Origin: Candidatus Spechtbacteria bacterium SB0662_bin_43
Lineage (GTDB): Bacteria > Patescibacteriota > Minisyncoccia > Spechtbacterales > 2-12-FULL-38-22
Length of the DNA: 48,998 nucleotides
Reading direction: 5' to 3'
Assembly (NCBI GenBank): GCA_009839835.1
Contig: VXOY01000005.1
Location: 1-48,998, forward strand
Shown: positions 23,854 through 32,541 of the stretch, one piece after another
Numbering within the stretch: the first letter of the stretch is position 1
How the letters are laid out: every line of letters starts with the position of its first letter
Position numbers and translations under genes: made by a program
The notes under the pieces: model-generated
Databases searched by the model: none
Told to the model about the DNA's origin: nothing
Seen by the model: the letters and a program-made list of their open reading frames with translations, nothing else

Positions 23854-25710
23854 ATGTACCTCTACTCTGTCATTCCGCTCGTATCTCTCCCCCGTTCATA
23901 TCCGCACAGTGTTACCTATTTCAGCGGAGAGTTGTTGCGCGCAGGGTGTCTTGTACGAGTGCCATTACAAAACACAACTGTCTGTGCCATCGTTATACAG
24001 CGCCATAGTGCGGACGAACAAAAACAAGCAATCCGCAAATCAGAGTACTCTCTCAAAAAGATACATACCGTCCTTTCAAAACAGCCTGTTGTGTCAAAAA
24101 ATACTCTTTTGCTCGCAGTATATCTTTCACACTACTATTACGAATCAACGGGTCTTACTCTCAGATATATACTGCCTGCTTCCTTTTCAAAACCAACCCG
24201 TGGCTTTGAAAAGGCGATCGAATCATATTCATCACAAAGAGCACCACAACCGCAACCCGACACATACCACCAGTCTCAGATCGTTATGAGCCAAGACTAC
24301 AGCACGCCGCAGGAACACGCTATTGTCCTCTATCCTACTCTGTCACACATACCAAAGAATACCTCCTTCCCTATCCAGCACTTCTCGCACCGTACAAATG
24401 AATACACCCAATGGATCCCTCCTATTCCCCCCGCCTCTTTTGCAGGAACAAAGCGGCTTGCATTTTTGCCGACCACTCCTACAACACCCTTTGTTCTCCA
24501 CAATGAAAATAACGCACTCTATGTATCACACAGGAAGCGACCGCATATTGACGTTCGTGTTGTTGCGCGGCTTCGTGCGTCTGTAGAAAAAAAACCTATT
24601 ATTGTTCAAGAAACCGTCCCGTCATTAGAGATGTATCACTTTTTCAAACAAAACAAATTCACTATCACAGATACGTCGCACAAGATGGCTCCACTCACTG
24701 TTGTAGATGCTCGTCACGCATCGCCTATGTCGTATATAAACGAGCACATACAAAAAAATATTTGCGCACTCAAGCAAGACGAACAAGCGCTAATCTTCAC
24801 GCACAGACGAGGCATTGCATCTGTGTTGCTCTGTCGTCAGTGCGGATTTATTTTCAAGTGCAGTGATTGTGACACACCATACATTTTACATTCAACCTTT
24901 TTACTGTGTCACAGGTGCTCTCAACAACGGACGATTCCTACCTATTGTGTTGTCTGCAACAGTACACACTTCAAAGATCTTGGTGCAGGAACAGCTCGTA
25001 TTGAAAAACTCATCCGCGAAGCAGCACCTCATTTATCAGTACAGCGGATAGACACAGACAACACCCGAACACAAAAACAACGGGATGCAATTTTTTCTCA
25101 GTTCGCAAATAAAGAGTACAACGTTTTGGTTGGTACAACCTCGCTCATTCATCATCACACACTTCTTCCAGACGTACACCTTACCGCAACACTTAATATA
25201 GATGATATGATGAGCATCCCCTCGTACCAAGCGTCTGAACAAACGTTTCTTACTATATGGCGTATGCGTGAAAAAGCCCGTGGAAAATCGTTCCTCCAAA
25301 CACACCTTCCTCATATTCCTCTTGTGAAACACGCACAAGAAAACAGCTCTCTGCCATTTTTAGAGTACCAGCTTGCGTTTCGTAAAAAAATAAATGCTCC
25401 TCCTTTTTCACAAGAAACGCACCTGGTGTACGAACATAAAGAGTATGCAACTGCACGGAGTAACGCTACACGACTCGCAAACATATTACAACAAGCAGTA
25501 GCGCGGCTACCACACAAAGAAGATGTCACCATCATAGGACCTGCCCCTGGGTACCATCAAAAGCGCAAAGGATATTTTCGGTGGTACATCATTATACAGT
25601 GCAAAAAAATCAAAACACCTCCTTTTATTCGCGCACAAGAACGCAATAAACTACTTGCGTTAGTGCCGAAAAAGTGGGATATTATTATTGATCCACAGAA
25701 CGCATCATAA
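23854..25710 (+). CDS. priA: primosomal protein N' (PriA) homologue with degenerate helicase motifs
   Basis: PriA-type N-terminus, LIFTHRRG (motif IV), a Cys-rich zinc region (CRQCG...CSDCD...CHRCS...CVVCNS), G.GT..IE and VLVGTTS. Walker A and DExH are not recognisable. Confidence 0.75.
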   Translation: MYLYSVIPLVSLPRSYPHSVTYFSGELLRAGCLVRVPLQNTTVCAIVIQRHSADEQKQAIRKSEYSLKKIHTVLSKQPVVSKNTLLLAVYLSHYYYESTGLTLRYILPASFSKPTRGFEKAIESYSSQRAPQPQPDTYHQSQIVMSQDYSTPQEHAIVLYPTLSHIPKNTSFPIQHFSHRTNEYTQWIPPIPPASFAGTKRLAFLPTTPTTPFVLHNENNALYVSHRKRPHIDVRVVARLRASVEKKPIIVQETVPSLEMYHFFKQNKFTITDTSHKMAPLTVVDARHASPMSYINEHIQKNICALKQDEQALIFTHRRGIASVLLCRQCGFIFKCSDCDTPYILHSTFLLCHRCSQQRTIPTYCVVCNSTHFKDLGAGTARIEKLIREAAPHLSVQRIDTDNTRTQKQRDAIFSQFANKEYNVLVGTTSLIHHHTLLPDVHLTATLNIDDMMSIPSYQASEQTFLTIWRMREKARGKSFLQTHLPHIPLVKHAQENSSLPFLEYQLAFRKKINAPPFSQETHLVYEHKEYATARSNATRLANILQQAVARLPHKEDVTIIGPAPGYHQKRKGYFRWYIIIQCKKIKTPPFIRAQERNKLLALVPKKWDIIIDPQNAS

Positions 25711-25722
25711 CCACTGTGCCTT

Positions 25723-26229
25723 ATGGTACAACCTGTTATACAACGAGGAGCAACCATACTCCGTACCCCAACAAAACCAGTCACAGATTTCTCAGACCCA
25801 TCTTTTGGGGGTCTTATTCAAGATATGCAAGACACTCTTATAGAGCAAGACGGTGTAGGGCTGGCTGCTGTACAAATCAATGTTGCGAAAAGAATTTTTA
25901 TCATACCCCCTGAATATGCCCCGAGCGTACGTACCCGTTCATTACCTTTATCATTGCTTCGTCCTCTTAGACCAACAATTTTTGTGAATCCAGTCATAAC
26001 CTCTCTATCAAAAGAACTCGTTCTCTTGGACGAAGGGTGCCTTAGTGTTCGCAATAAATTTTACCCAACACCCCGTGCAAAAAAGGTAACGCTTCAAGCA
26101 CAAAACGAAAGAGGAAAACATTTTACTGTTGAAGCAGAAGATCTACTGGCGCGGATTTTTCAACACGAAACAGACCATCTTGACGGCACCTTGTTTATAG
26201 ATCGTATCCATGAGAACCTCTCAAAATAA
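25723..26229 (+). CDS. def: peptide deformylase
   Basis: GVGLAAVQIN, EGCLSV and HETDHLDG. Confidence 0.9.
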   Translation: MVQPVIQRGATILRTPTKPVTDFSDPSFGGLIQDMQDTLIEQDGVGLAAVQINVAKRIFIIPPEYAPSVRTRSLPLSLLRPLRPTIFVNPVITSLSKELVLLDEGCLSVRNKFYPTPRAKKVTLQAQNERGKHFTVEAEDLLARIFQHETDHLDGTLFIDRIHENLSK

Positions 26230-27292
26230 CGGACAGAACCTCGCGTTTTGGGGCACAACACCGTTTGCCGCCAGCATCCTTTTGCACCTTCACGAAGCAT
26301 CTATCAACTTATATTCTTCGCCAGACGAAAAAGAAGGGCGACAAGAAAAAACACGCAGTAGTGCTACATTGCCTCCCCTCCCTCACGAAGACCAGCGAGA
26401 ACAGACAACATTATCCCCTCCCCCTCTGGTCGTTATCACAACGCCAGACAAGAAAGGAAATAGAGGTAAAAAAACACAGAGTGCTGTAGCGCAAACAGCG
26501 CGCCACCTATCGCTCTCCGTGCTTCAGCCCGAATCTCTTGATAATGTGTTCTTTGATTACTTCTCTCAAACAAGGTGCGCTCTTTCAATTGTTGTTGCGT
26601 ATGGGAAAATTCTGCCTGCGCGATTCATCAAACACCCTGCGTGCGGAACAATCAATATCCATACATCTTTATTGCCGCGTTACCGAGGAGCCTCGCCTGT
26701 ACAAGCAGCACTTCTGAACGGCGACACAGAAACAGGCATCACGCTTATGCGTATGGATGAAAAAATGGATCACGGACCTATCATCGCTCAAAAGCGACTC
26801 GCCCTTCTTCCAGACGACACACCTGAGAGTGTATTCCAACGTATGACTCCGCTTGCTATCTCTCTCCTTGAACACTATCTCCCCAAAATTCTTGCAGGCA
26901 CAGCACCCGAGAACCCACAAGACCACAGCAAAGCTTCGTACACAAAATTGCTCACTCGCACGAACGGATGCATTGATTGGACTATGCCTGCTCTCGCTAT
27001 AGAGCGAATGGTTCGCGCGTTCACCCCTTGGCCTGGTGCGTATTCTTTTTTAGAAAACAAACGAGTCAAGATTCTCAAATGTGGTGTAACAAAAGATTCT
27101 CACGCAGACTCCTCACCAGGTACACTGATTGAATACAAGCAACAAGGACAGAAACCAAATCTTGCTGTTGCAACAGGAGGCGGTATTCTTGTTCTCTATA
27201 CTATTCAACAAGAAGGCAAAGAGCCACAAGACGCACAGGTTGTGTACGCAACCCAACCCACGATTATTGGTCGCGTATTGCAATCACAGTAG
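26210..27292 (+). CDS. fmt: methionyl-tRNA formyltransferase (with ~45-aa N-terminal insertion)
   Basis: Follows def. INIHTSLLPRYRGASP.Q.A...GD.ETG.T.M.M....D.G and the C-terminal fmt domain. Confidence 0.85.
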   Translation: MRTSQNNGQNLAFWGTTPFAASILLHLHEASINLYSSPDEKEGRQEKTRSSATLPPLPHEDQREQTTLSPPPLVVITTPDKKGNRGKKTQSAVAQTARHLSLSVLQPESLDNVFFDYFSQTRCALSIVVAYGKILPARFIKHPACGTINIHTSLLPRYRGASPVQAALLNGDTETGITLMRMDEKMDHGPIIAQKRLALLPDDTPESVFQRMTPLAISLLEHYLPKILAGTAPENPQDHSKASYTKLLTRTNGCIDWTMPALAIERMVRAFTPWPGAYSFLENKRVKILKCGVTKDSHADSSPGTLIEYKQQGQKPNLAVATGGGILVLYTIQQEGKEPQDAQVVYATQPTIIGRVLQSQ

Positions 27293-27489
27293 ATGTTTTT
27301 GTCAGTCACCACATACAGCAGCACGACCACCCCTTTTCTCAATCCCCATACCATCGCAATTACCCTGTAACCCTATATCTACAATTCGTAAACACAATAA
27401 AGATAGTGCATTGTTGTTTGCGGAATACTTGCTCACACTATCTCTATACAATAAGCCGTCTTTTTGTTATACAGAAACTATACCCTTTT

Positions 27490-27562
27490 GCCCCCATCGT
27501 CTAGTGGCCCAGGACATCAGCTTCTCACGCTGGAAACAGGGGTTCGATTCCCCTTGGGGGTA
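27490..27562 (+). tRNA. tRNA-Glu (anticodon CTC)
   Basis: Cloverleaf read by hand: acceptor GCCCCCA/TGGGGGT, D-arm GTCT-AGTGGCCCA-GGAC (Glu-like), anticodon stem TCAGC/GCTGG with loop TTCTCAC, and T-arm AGGGG-TTCGATT-CCCCT. Confidence 0.9.
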
Positions 27563-27594
27563 CTACATTCGTGAATCAAAAACAAATCCTCTCT

Positions 27595-27617
27595 TACGGT
27601 ATTGAGTAGTGATGGAA
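27595..27617. repeat. 23-nt direct repeat copy 2 (duplicate of the ftsI 3' end, 32 nt past tRNA-Glu)
   Basis: Identical to 19212-19234. Confidence 0.95.
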
Positions 27618-27672
27618 TTTGAAATGCTCTATTTTACGCTTGTTCTTGCTGGTTTGTTCACTCACTTTGCTC

Positions 27673-27892
27673 TTATCCACACAAACCCCCTTGACAAAAA
27701 AACAAGCATAGATTATACTGATATTGTACTTGCGAAAGTGAGTACACTTTGCTTCTGTCGTCTCTCATAGGATCTTGTATTCTGTGATTGATGGCAGAAG
27801 TGCTGTGTCTATCTTTTTATATAGTATACTCTGCTTGCATTGTATATTTATATAAGAGGTAGGCACTGTACTTCTGCTCTCATTTTGAGACA
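27673..27892. repeat. inverted repeat copy B (220 bp)
   Basis: Exact reverse complement of 18980-19199. Confidence 0.95.
27726..27891 (+). ncRNA. structured RNA unit inside repeat copy B
   Basis: TTATCCACA (27673-81), 9 nt, TTGACA (27691-96), 17-nt spacer, TATACT (27714-19). An 85-nt hairpin has the outer stem GCAGAAGUGCUGUG/CACUGUACUUCUGC (27793-27877), followed by UCUCAUUUUG. Mini-ORF at 27791-27862. Confidence 0.4.
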
Positions 27893-27964
27893 TATATAAG
27901 GCAATCTACTGCTATAAAGCAAAAATCAAGTAATAGTTCATTATAATTATAAAGCCCGAAATGC

Positions 27965-27978
27965 ATATATATATATAT
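27965..27978. repeat. (AT)7 dinucleotide tract
   Basis: Counted directly. It begins 1 nt after ATG 27961-63 and ends at the first base of the long ORF's TTG. Confidence 0.95.
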
Positions 27979-29549
27979 TGGGGTCACATACAAAAAATAA
28001 GCCCTTGATATTGTATGTGTTGTCAGTGTTATTTGTGGTGCTCTTGATAGTAGCACTGTTTTTTATTATATTGCAGCAACAAAAAATAGTAGCAAATACA
28101 GATACGTTGCCAACTATTGGCTTTGATCATAATGCAGTTACGATTAGTGAAGGTGGTAATATGGCGATAATAGTTATATCACCTAAGAATGTTACTAATT
28201 CTGGTCCTTATTTTGATTGTAGTCTACCACGTGTAGATTATGGTCGCGGGCTACAATGTGCTCTTGTTCCAGGATCTCCCAGCAGTATTCCCCCGAACGT
28301 TTCTGATCTTAAAATCACAATGAACGGTACGGCAACCCAAGCAGACTATTTTACAAAATTAAATGCTTCAAGTGGTACAATACACTTTGCAGTATGGGCA
28401 CAGGCTGATAACAAAATTGAGGGCGACGAAACTTTCACTGTTAAAATATTGCCTAATGCAACAAAATATAAAATTGCCGAGCAAAACACTCTAACGGTGA
28501 CCATAAAAGACACGACTAAACCACCACTCAGGGCAAAGGTTAAGGTTGAAGATGCTACACAAGGAAGTGATATTACAATAACAGTAGAATTGGATAGACC
28601 TGTTGTAGGAATAGATCCCACATACTATCTTACGACAATAGCAAACTGTGATGGAACTAACTGGGCTCCCCCCGAAGCTACTGCTGCTAAATTCAACCTT
28701 AATGCAAGTGCAAGGTGTGGTAGTAATAATCAAGCAGTTATAGATAATGATATGGTGAAACCATCAAGCAACATAGCCTTCAAATACATAGCAATCCCCG
28801 TTGGTACAACTACCGGCTCGGTAACGTGGTCTACGATAAGCGATAGTGATACCAGAGACGAGACACTTTTGTTCAAGGTTGCTCCTTCCCGTGGATATTA
28901 TTCTGGTTGGCTGGATTCCAGCACCCCTCCTACAGCAGGTAGAGAAGATGGACACAGTTTTTGGAGAGCACGAATTCTGGCGCATGATAGCCTCATCGAT
29001 TCCAATATCTATAATCCTTATCCTCGTAAAATTACCGGAATAATTGATGATGAAAAAACCCACGATTCTATTACAGTATCGTGGAACAAGGATTCACATG
29101 CAGACAAGTACAAATTACAATATTGGGTGAAAACGCAAAAAGATACTACTCTAACAAGCCACGATATAAAACAAAACAAATCGGTATACAAAATTACAGA
29201 CCTCAACCCTGATACTGAGTACGTCATAACGGTGACGCCATATGCAGATGGTAAATTCTACACTGAGTTTGTCAGCGATAGTCTTGTAGTGCGTACACTA
29301 TCTACGTCGCCATCTTTTAGGAGGGCAATGATTTCTCAACAACAAGAACCTCAGCAACAGCAGCAAGAAGAACCAATTTCTATTCCCCTATCAGCAGATC
29401 ATCCATTAGTCAAATATGCTATTCTTATTGAAAAAATTGAAGTATATCTCAATAGTCAAGATTCCAATATCGATAGCGATCAATATAAACAAAGATGGTC
29501 ACGAGTCTTGAAAAATCTCCAAGCATTTCTGAGTAATGTTTTATCTTGA
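27978..29549 (+). CDS. membrane-anchored surface protein with Calx-beta-like and fibronectin type III domains
   Basis: Signal-anchor. NGTATQADYF...SGTIHF...EGDETFTVKIL is a Calx-beta-like signature. DSITVSWN...YKLQYW...YKITDLNPDTEYVITVTPY is FN3-like. The frame has no ATG start; only TTG/GTG starts exist (see findings). Confidence 0.6.
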   Translation: MGSHTKNKPLILYVLSVLFVVLLIVALFFIILQQQKIVANTDTLPTIGFDHNAVTISEGGNMAIIVISPKNVTNSGPYFDCSLPRVDYGRGLQCALVPGSPSSIPPNVSDLKITMNGTATQADYFTKLNASSGTIHFAVWAQADNKIEGDETFTVKILPNATKYKIAEQNTLTVTIKDTTKPPLRAKVKVEDATQGSDITITVELDRPVVGIDPTYYLTTIANCDGTNWAPPEATAAKFNLNASARCGSNNQAVIDNDMVKPSSNIAFKYIAIPVGTTTGSVTWSTISDSDTRDETLLFKVAPSRGYYSGWLDSSTPPTAGREDGHSFWRARILAHDSLIDSNIYNPYPRKITGIIDDEKTHDSITVSWNKDSHADKYKLQYWVKTQKDTTLTSHDIKQNKSVYKITDLNPDTEYVITVTPYADGKFYTEFVSDSLVVRTLSTSPSFRRAMISQQQEPQQQQQEEPISIPLSADHPLVKYAILIEKIEVYLNSQDSNIDSDQYKQRWSRVLKNLQAFLSNVLS

Positions 29550-29568
29550 TAATTTGTAGTCAACTCTT

Positions 29569-29614
29569 TATACAAAAGAGATACCACGACATATCGTGGT
29601 ATCTCTTTTGTATA
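29569..29614 (+). terminator. 21-bp perfect hairpin after the surface-protein gene
   Basis: Stem tatacaaaagagataccacga/tcgtggtatctcttttgtata with loop cata. There is no U-tract. Confidence 0.45.
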
Positions 29615-29714
29615 AGCACAACATATTGATTACAACACTACCCACCTTGACAGAATAATGTTTTTATACTATAAAATAAGGGTGTCAAAAAAACCTGAAA
29701 GGAGATATGGCGCA

Positions 29715-30035
29715 ATGAATTTTCCACGAACAGGGACTCGTCGCCATTTCAACGGAACAGTCAAACAGGAAATTCACCGTCGCCCTGATGGGACAGTGGA
29801 AAAGAAAATTCTCTTCCGTCCTGATGGAAACAAGGAACGAGAGGTTCTCTACTACTGCGACGGGGTGACGCGTTTCCGAGAGATAGAACTTCTCTACAAC
29901 TCCAGCAACACGCTGGAACGAGAAATCTGCCGTCGTCCTAACAAAATGGTAGAATGGGAGACCATCCATCACCCTGATGGAACAACCGAGAAAATCAGTG
30001 TGTGTCCTGTCAACACTCTTGCGGGGAGAGGATAA
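29715..30035 (+). CDS. MORN-variant/YwqK-like repeat protein (106 aa)
   Basis: AGGAG lies 11 nt upstream of the ATG at 29715. About four repeats of the type (R/H)RPDGT.E.. ...Y..G. A TTGACA-17-TATAAA promoter lies upstream. Confidence 0.5.
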   Translation: MNFPRTGTRRHFNGTVKQEIHRRPDGTVEKKILFRPDGNKEREVLYYCDGVTRFREIELLYNSSNTLEREICRRPNKMVEWETIHHPDGTTEKISVCPVNTLAGRG

Positions 30036-30038
30036 ACC

Positions 30039-30073
30039 CCCGCACTTATTTTTATAATAAAAATAAGTGCGGG
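30039..30073. terminator. 15-bp hairpin between convergent genes
   Basis: Stem cccgcacttattttt/aaaaataagtgcggg. Confidence 0.5.
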
Positions 30074-30116
30074 AAACTCACCATCTGTACTAAAAGACTT
30101 TATATAATATAGTATC

Positions 30117-30368
30117 TCAGCAAAGAGCACAGGAGTGATTTTGAAATGCTTCCCCTACATACTCGTGCGATAAAACAAACGAATCAAAGTGTGAAGAAGT
30201 GTCTCCTTCCACAATACGATGGACTGTATCAGGGTTATTTTCTGCAAAGGTAAACGCAGAAAAACCACAGAGTAAGGCAAATAATAGGAGAAAAACAACG
30301 TAGTACACTGTTCCCCAGACCGTATCTAATATCTGCCCTTCCCACCCTATTTTAATATCTACCTGCAT
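30117..30368 (-). CDS. small single-pass membrane protein (83 aa), hypothetical
   Basis: ORF with a central TM segment (VYYVVFLLLFALLCGFSAF). It is divergent from the ABC exporter genes. Confidence 0.4.
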   Translation of the reverse strand: MQVDIKIGWEGQILDTVWGTVYYVVFLLLFALLCGFSAFTFAENNPDTVHRIVEGDTSSHFDSFVLSHEYVGEAFQNHSCALC

Positions 30369-30515
30369 AATTTTTCGTTATTCACATCGTACTCGCGAGT
30401 ATAGCGATATACAATCATATTTATTTTCATACTTCTTTCTTTTTCGCCACTATCATACAACATAAAACCTCAAAACGCAATACTGTTGTACTCTGTAGCG
30501 CATTATATTATACTA

Positions 30516-31199
30516 ATGAATATGAATACACAAATACAACTCAAAGATCTTACAAAAACCTACCAAGATGGTACGCAATCATTTACTGCACTCCACGACA
30601 TCAACCTTTCTATCAAGGCGGGAGAACGGGTTGCAATTATTGGAAAATCAGGCAGTGGAAAATCGACGCTTATGCATGTTATGAGCCTGTTAGACTCACC
30701 TACTGCAGGCGACGTTTTGATAGAAGGTAAATCTGTATCTCGTATAAATGAGTATCAAAAAAATAAGTTGCGCAATAAAGCATTCGGCTTCATATTTCAA
30801 CAGTTCTTTCTTAATCCACAGCAGAATGTGTTGCACAACGTTGCACTCCCACTAAAAATTGACGGAGTTCCATCAGCTGAACGAAACGAAAAGGCAAAAA
30901 GTCTCCTCAAAAACGTTGGTTTGGAAGACAAAATGAATGAAAAAGCAGTAAACCTTTCAGGAGGACAAAAACAACGCGTTGCGATAGCACGAGCGCTGGT
31001 GAATGACCCCCTTGTTATTTTTGCAGACGAGCCAACAGGCAACCTGGACACAGAAACAGGTAAACAAGTTATAGATCTTCTCCTTCAGTACAACGAAGAA
31101 AAAAATATTACGCTTGTCGTTGTGACACACGATGACGATATTGCAGAAATATGTAAAAAGCAAATCCACCTATCAGATGGAAAAATAACCAAGAAATAA
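30516..31199 (+). CDS. ABC transporter ATP-binding protein (MacB/LolD/FtsE-like)
   Basis: [35 protein letters not shown] and VVTHD. The start was set at the ATG at 30516. Confidence 0.9.
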   Translation: MNMNTQIQLKDLTKTYQDGTQSFTALHDINLSIKAGERVAIIGKSGSGKSTLMHVMSLLDSPTAGDVLIEGKSVSRINEYQKNKLRNKAFGFIFQQFFLNPQQNVLHNVALPLKIDGVPSAERNEKAKSLLKNVGLEDKMNEKAVNLSGGQKQRVAIARALVNDPLVIFADEPTGNLDTETGKQVIDLLLQYNEEKNITLVVVTHDDDIAEICKKQIHLSDGKITKK

Positions 31200-31211
31200 C
31201 TACTACGATAT

Positions 31212-32537
31212 ATGAAAATTACAGATTATATAATCACTGCCCAACAGAATCTTTTTCGTCAAAAACTCCGCACATCTTTGACAATGATTGCTATTTTTAT
31301 TGGAGCTCTCACCCTTTCACTGACCAACGGTATTGGTGAAGGCGTACGTAATTTCTTCACAGACCAACTCTCGTCAGCAGAATCAGAAAATACAATCCTT
31401 ATCGTTACCAATCAAACAAAATTTTCAACCGAAGATAGTGGATCTCCGGTTGGATCAATACCTGAATATAACCCTGAAAAACAATCTTTAGATGGATTTG
31501 CGTTCACGATTCTCACACAAGAACAGTGCGATTTCTTGCAATCTGACCAAAAAATAAACGATAATCTTTCACTAAAAGACGCTGTTCAATCTGTATACTG
31601 TGGCTATCCCCTACAAATAGAGTACATCACGAACCCACAGGAAGATAAGAGATACATTGCAGACATATCAACGTACGTTCCTGAAATTCGTGTAGAATTA
31701 TTAGCAGGTCGCCTCATAACCAAAGACGATGAAAACGCAATTGTTGTGAGTGAGCGGTACGCAACTATATTGGGATTTGAAGAGCCGCAGGACGCTGTTG
31801 GTAAAACAGTTCATGTTGGAGTAGAAAACCCAACAAGTGTTATCAAAGAATTTCCTGTAACGATTGTTGGAGTACAGCCCAACTCTTTTGTCAACGGCGG
31901 GCAACCATTCGGCAACGAGTCACTCGTTCGAGAAATGTACCAATACGCTGTTGGCAATAACGAAAAACTTCTTGATTCATACTCGGGGGCAATAGCTGTT
32001 CTTGATTCTGACCTATCAGAGGACGATGTTTCAGAAGTACGTTCCTATCTCCACGCAGAAAATTTTGAAACAGAGACATTCGAAGAGATTATAGGAAGGT
32101 TTGTTCTTCAGTTTATAGATTTGGCAAGATGGGGTCTCAATTTATTTGCACTTGTCGTACTCCTTGTTGCAGCATTCGGTATTGCCAACACGATCTTAAT
32201 GAGCGTATATGAAAGAACTCGCGAAATTGGATTGATGCGTGCATTAGGAGCATCAAAGAAAAACGTCTTCTTCTTAATGAGCTTCGAAGCAATGATACTG
32301 GGGTTCTGGGGCGCTCTTATAGGACTTATTGGGGGGATTGTTATAGGAACTATCCTTTCAAGCATAGCATCAAATACAATACTGGAGGGCATTGATGGGT
32401 TTACACTCTTTGCATTCCCTATCCTTTCCTCAATAGGTATTGTTGTTCTCATCATCCTTATATCTTTTATCGCCAGCATCATCCCTGCAATCAAAGCAAT
32501 GCGACTTGACCCAATCAAAGCACTACGGCACGAGTAA
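31212..32537 (+). CDS. ABC transporter permease, FtsX/MacB family
   Basis: N-terminal TM segment, a large extracytoplasmic domain, then a C-terminal FtsX-like 3-TM bundle (ERTREIGLMRALGA). Confidence 0.85.
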   Translation: MKITDYIITAQQNLFRQKLRTSLTMIAIFIGALTLSLTNGIGEGVRNFFTDQLSSAESENTILIVTNQTKFSTEDSGSPVGSIPEYNPEKQSLDGFAFTILTQEQCDFLQSDQKINDNLSLKDAVQSVYCGYPLQIEYITNPQEDKRYIADISTYVPEIRVELLAGRLITKDDENAIVVSERYATILGFEEPQDAVGKTVHVGVENPTSVIKEFPVTIVGVQPNSFVNGGQPFGNESLVREMYQYAVGNNEKLLDSYSGAIAVLDSDLSEDDVSEVRSYLHAENFETETFEEIIGRFVLQFIDLARWGLNLFALVVLLVAAFGIANTILMSVYERTREIGLMRALGASKKNVFFLMSFEAMILGFWGALIGLIGGIVIGTILSSIASNTILEGIDGFTLFAFPILSSIGIVVLIILISFIASIIPAIKAMRLDPIKALRHE

Positions 32538-32541
32538 TACG

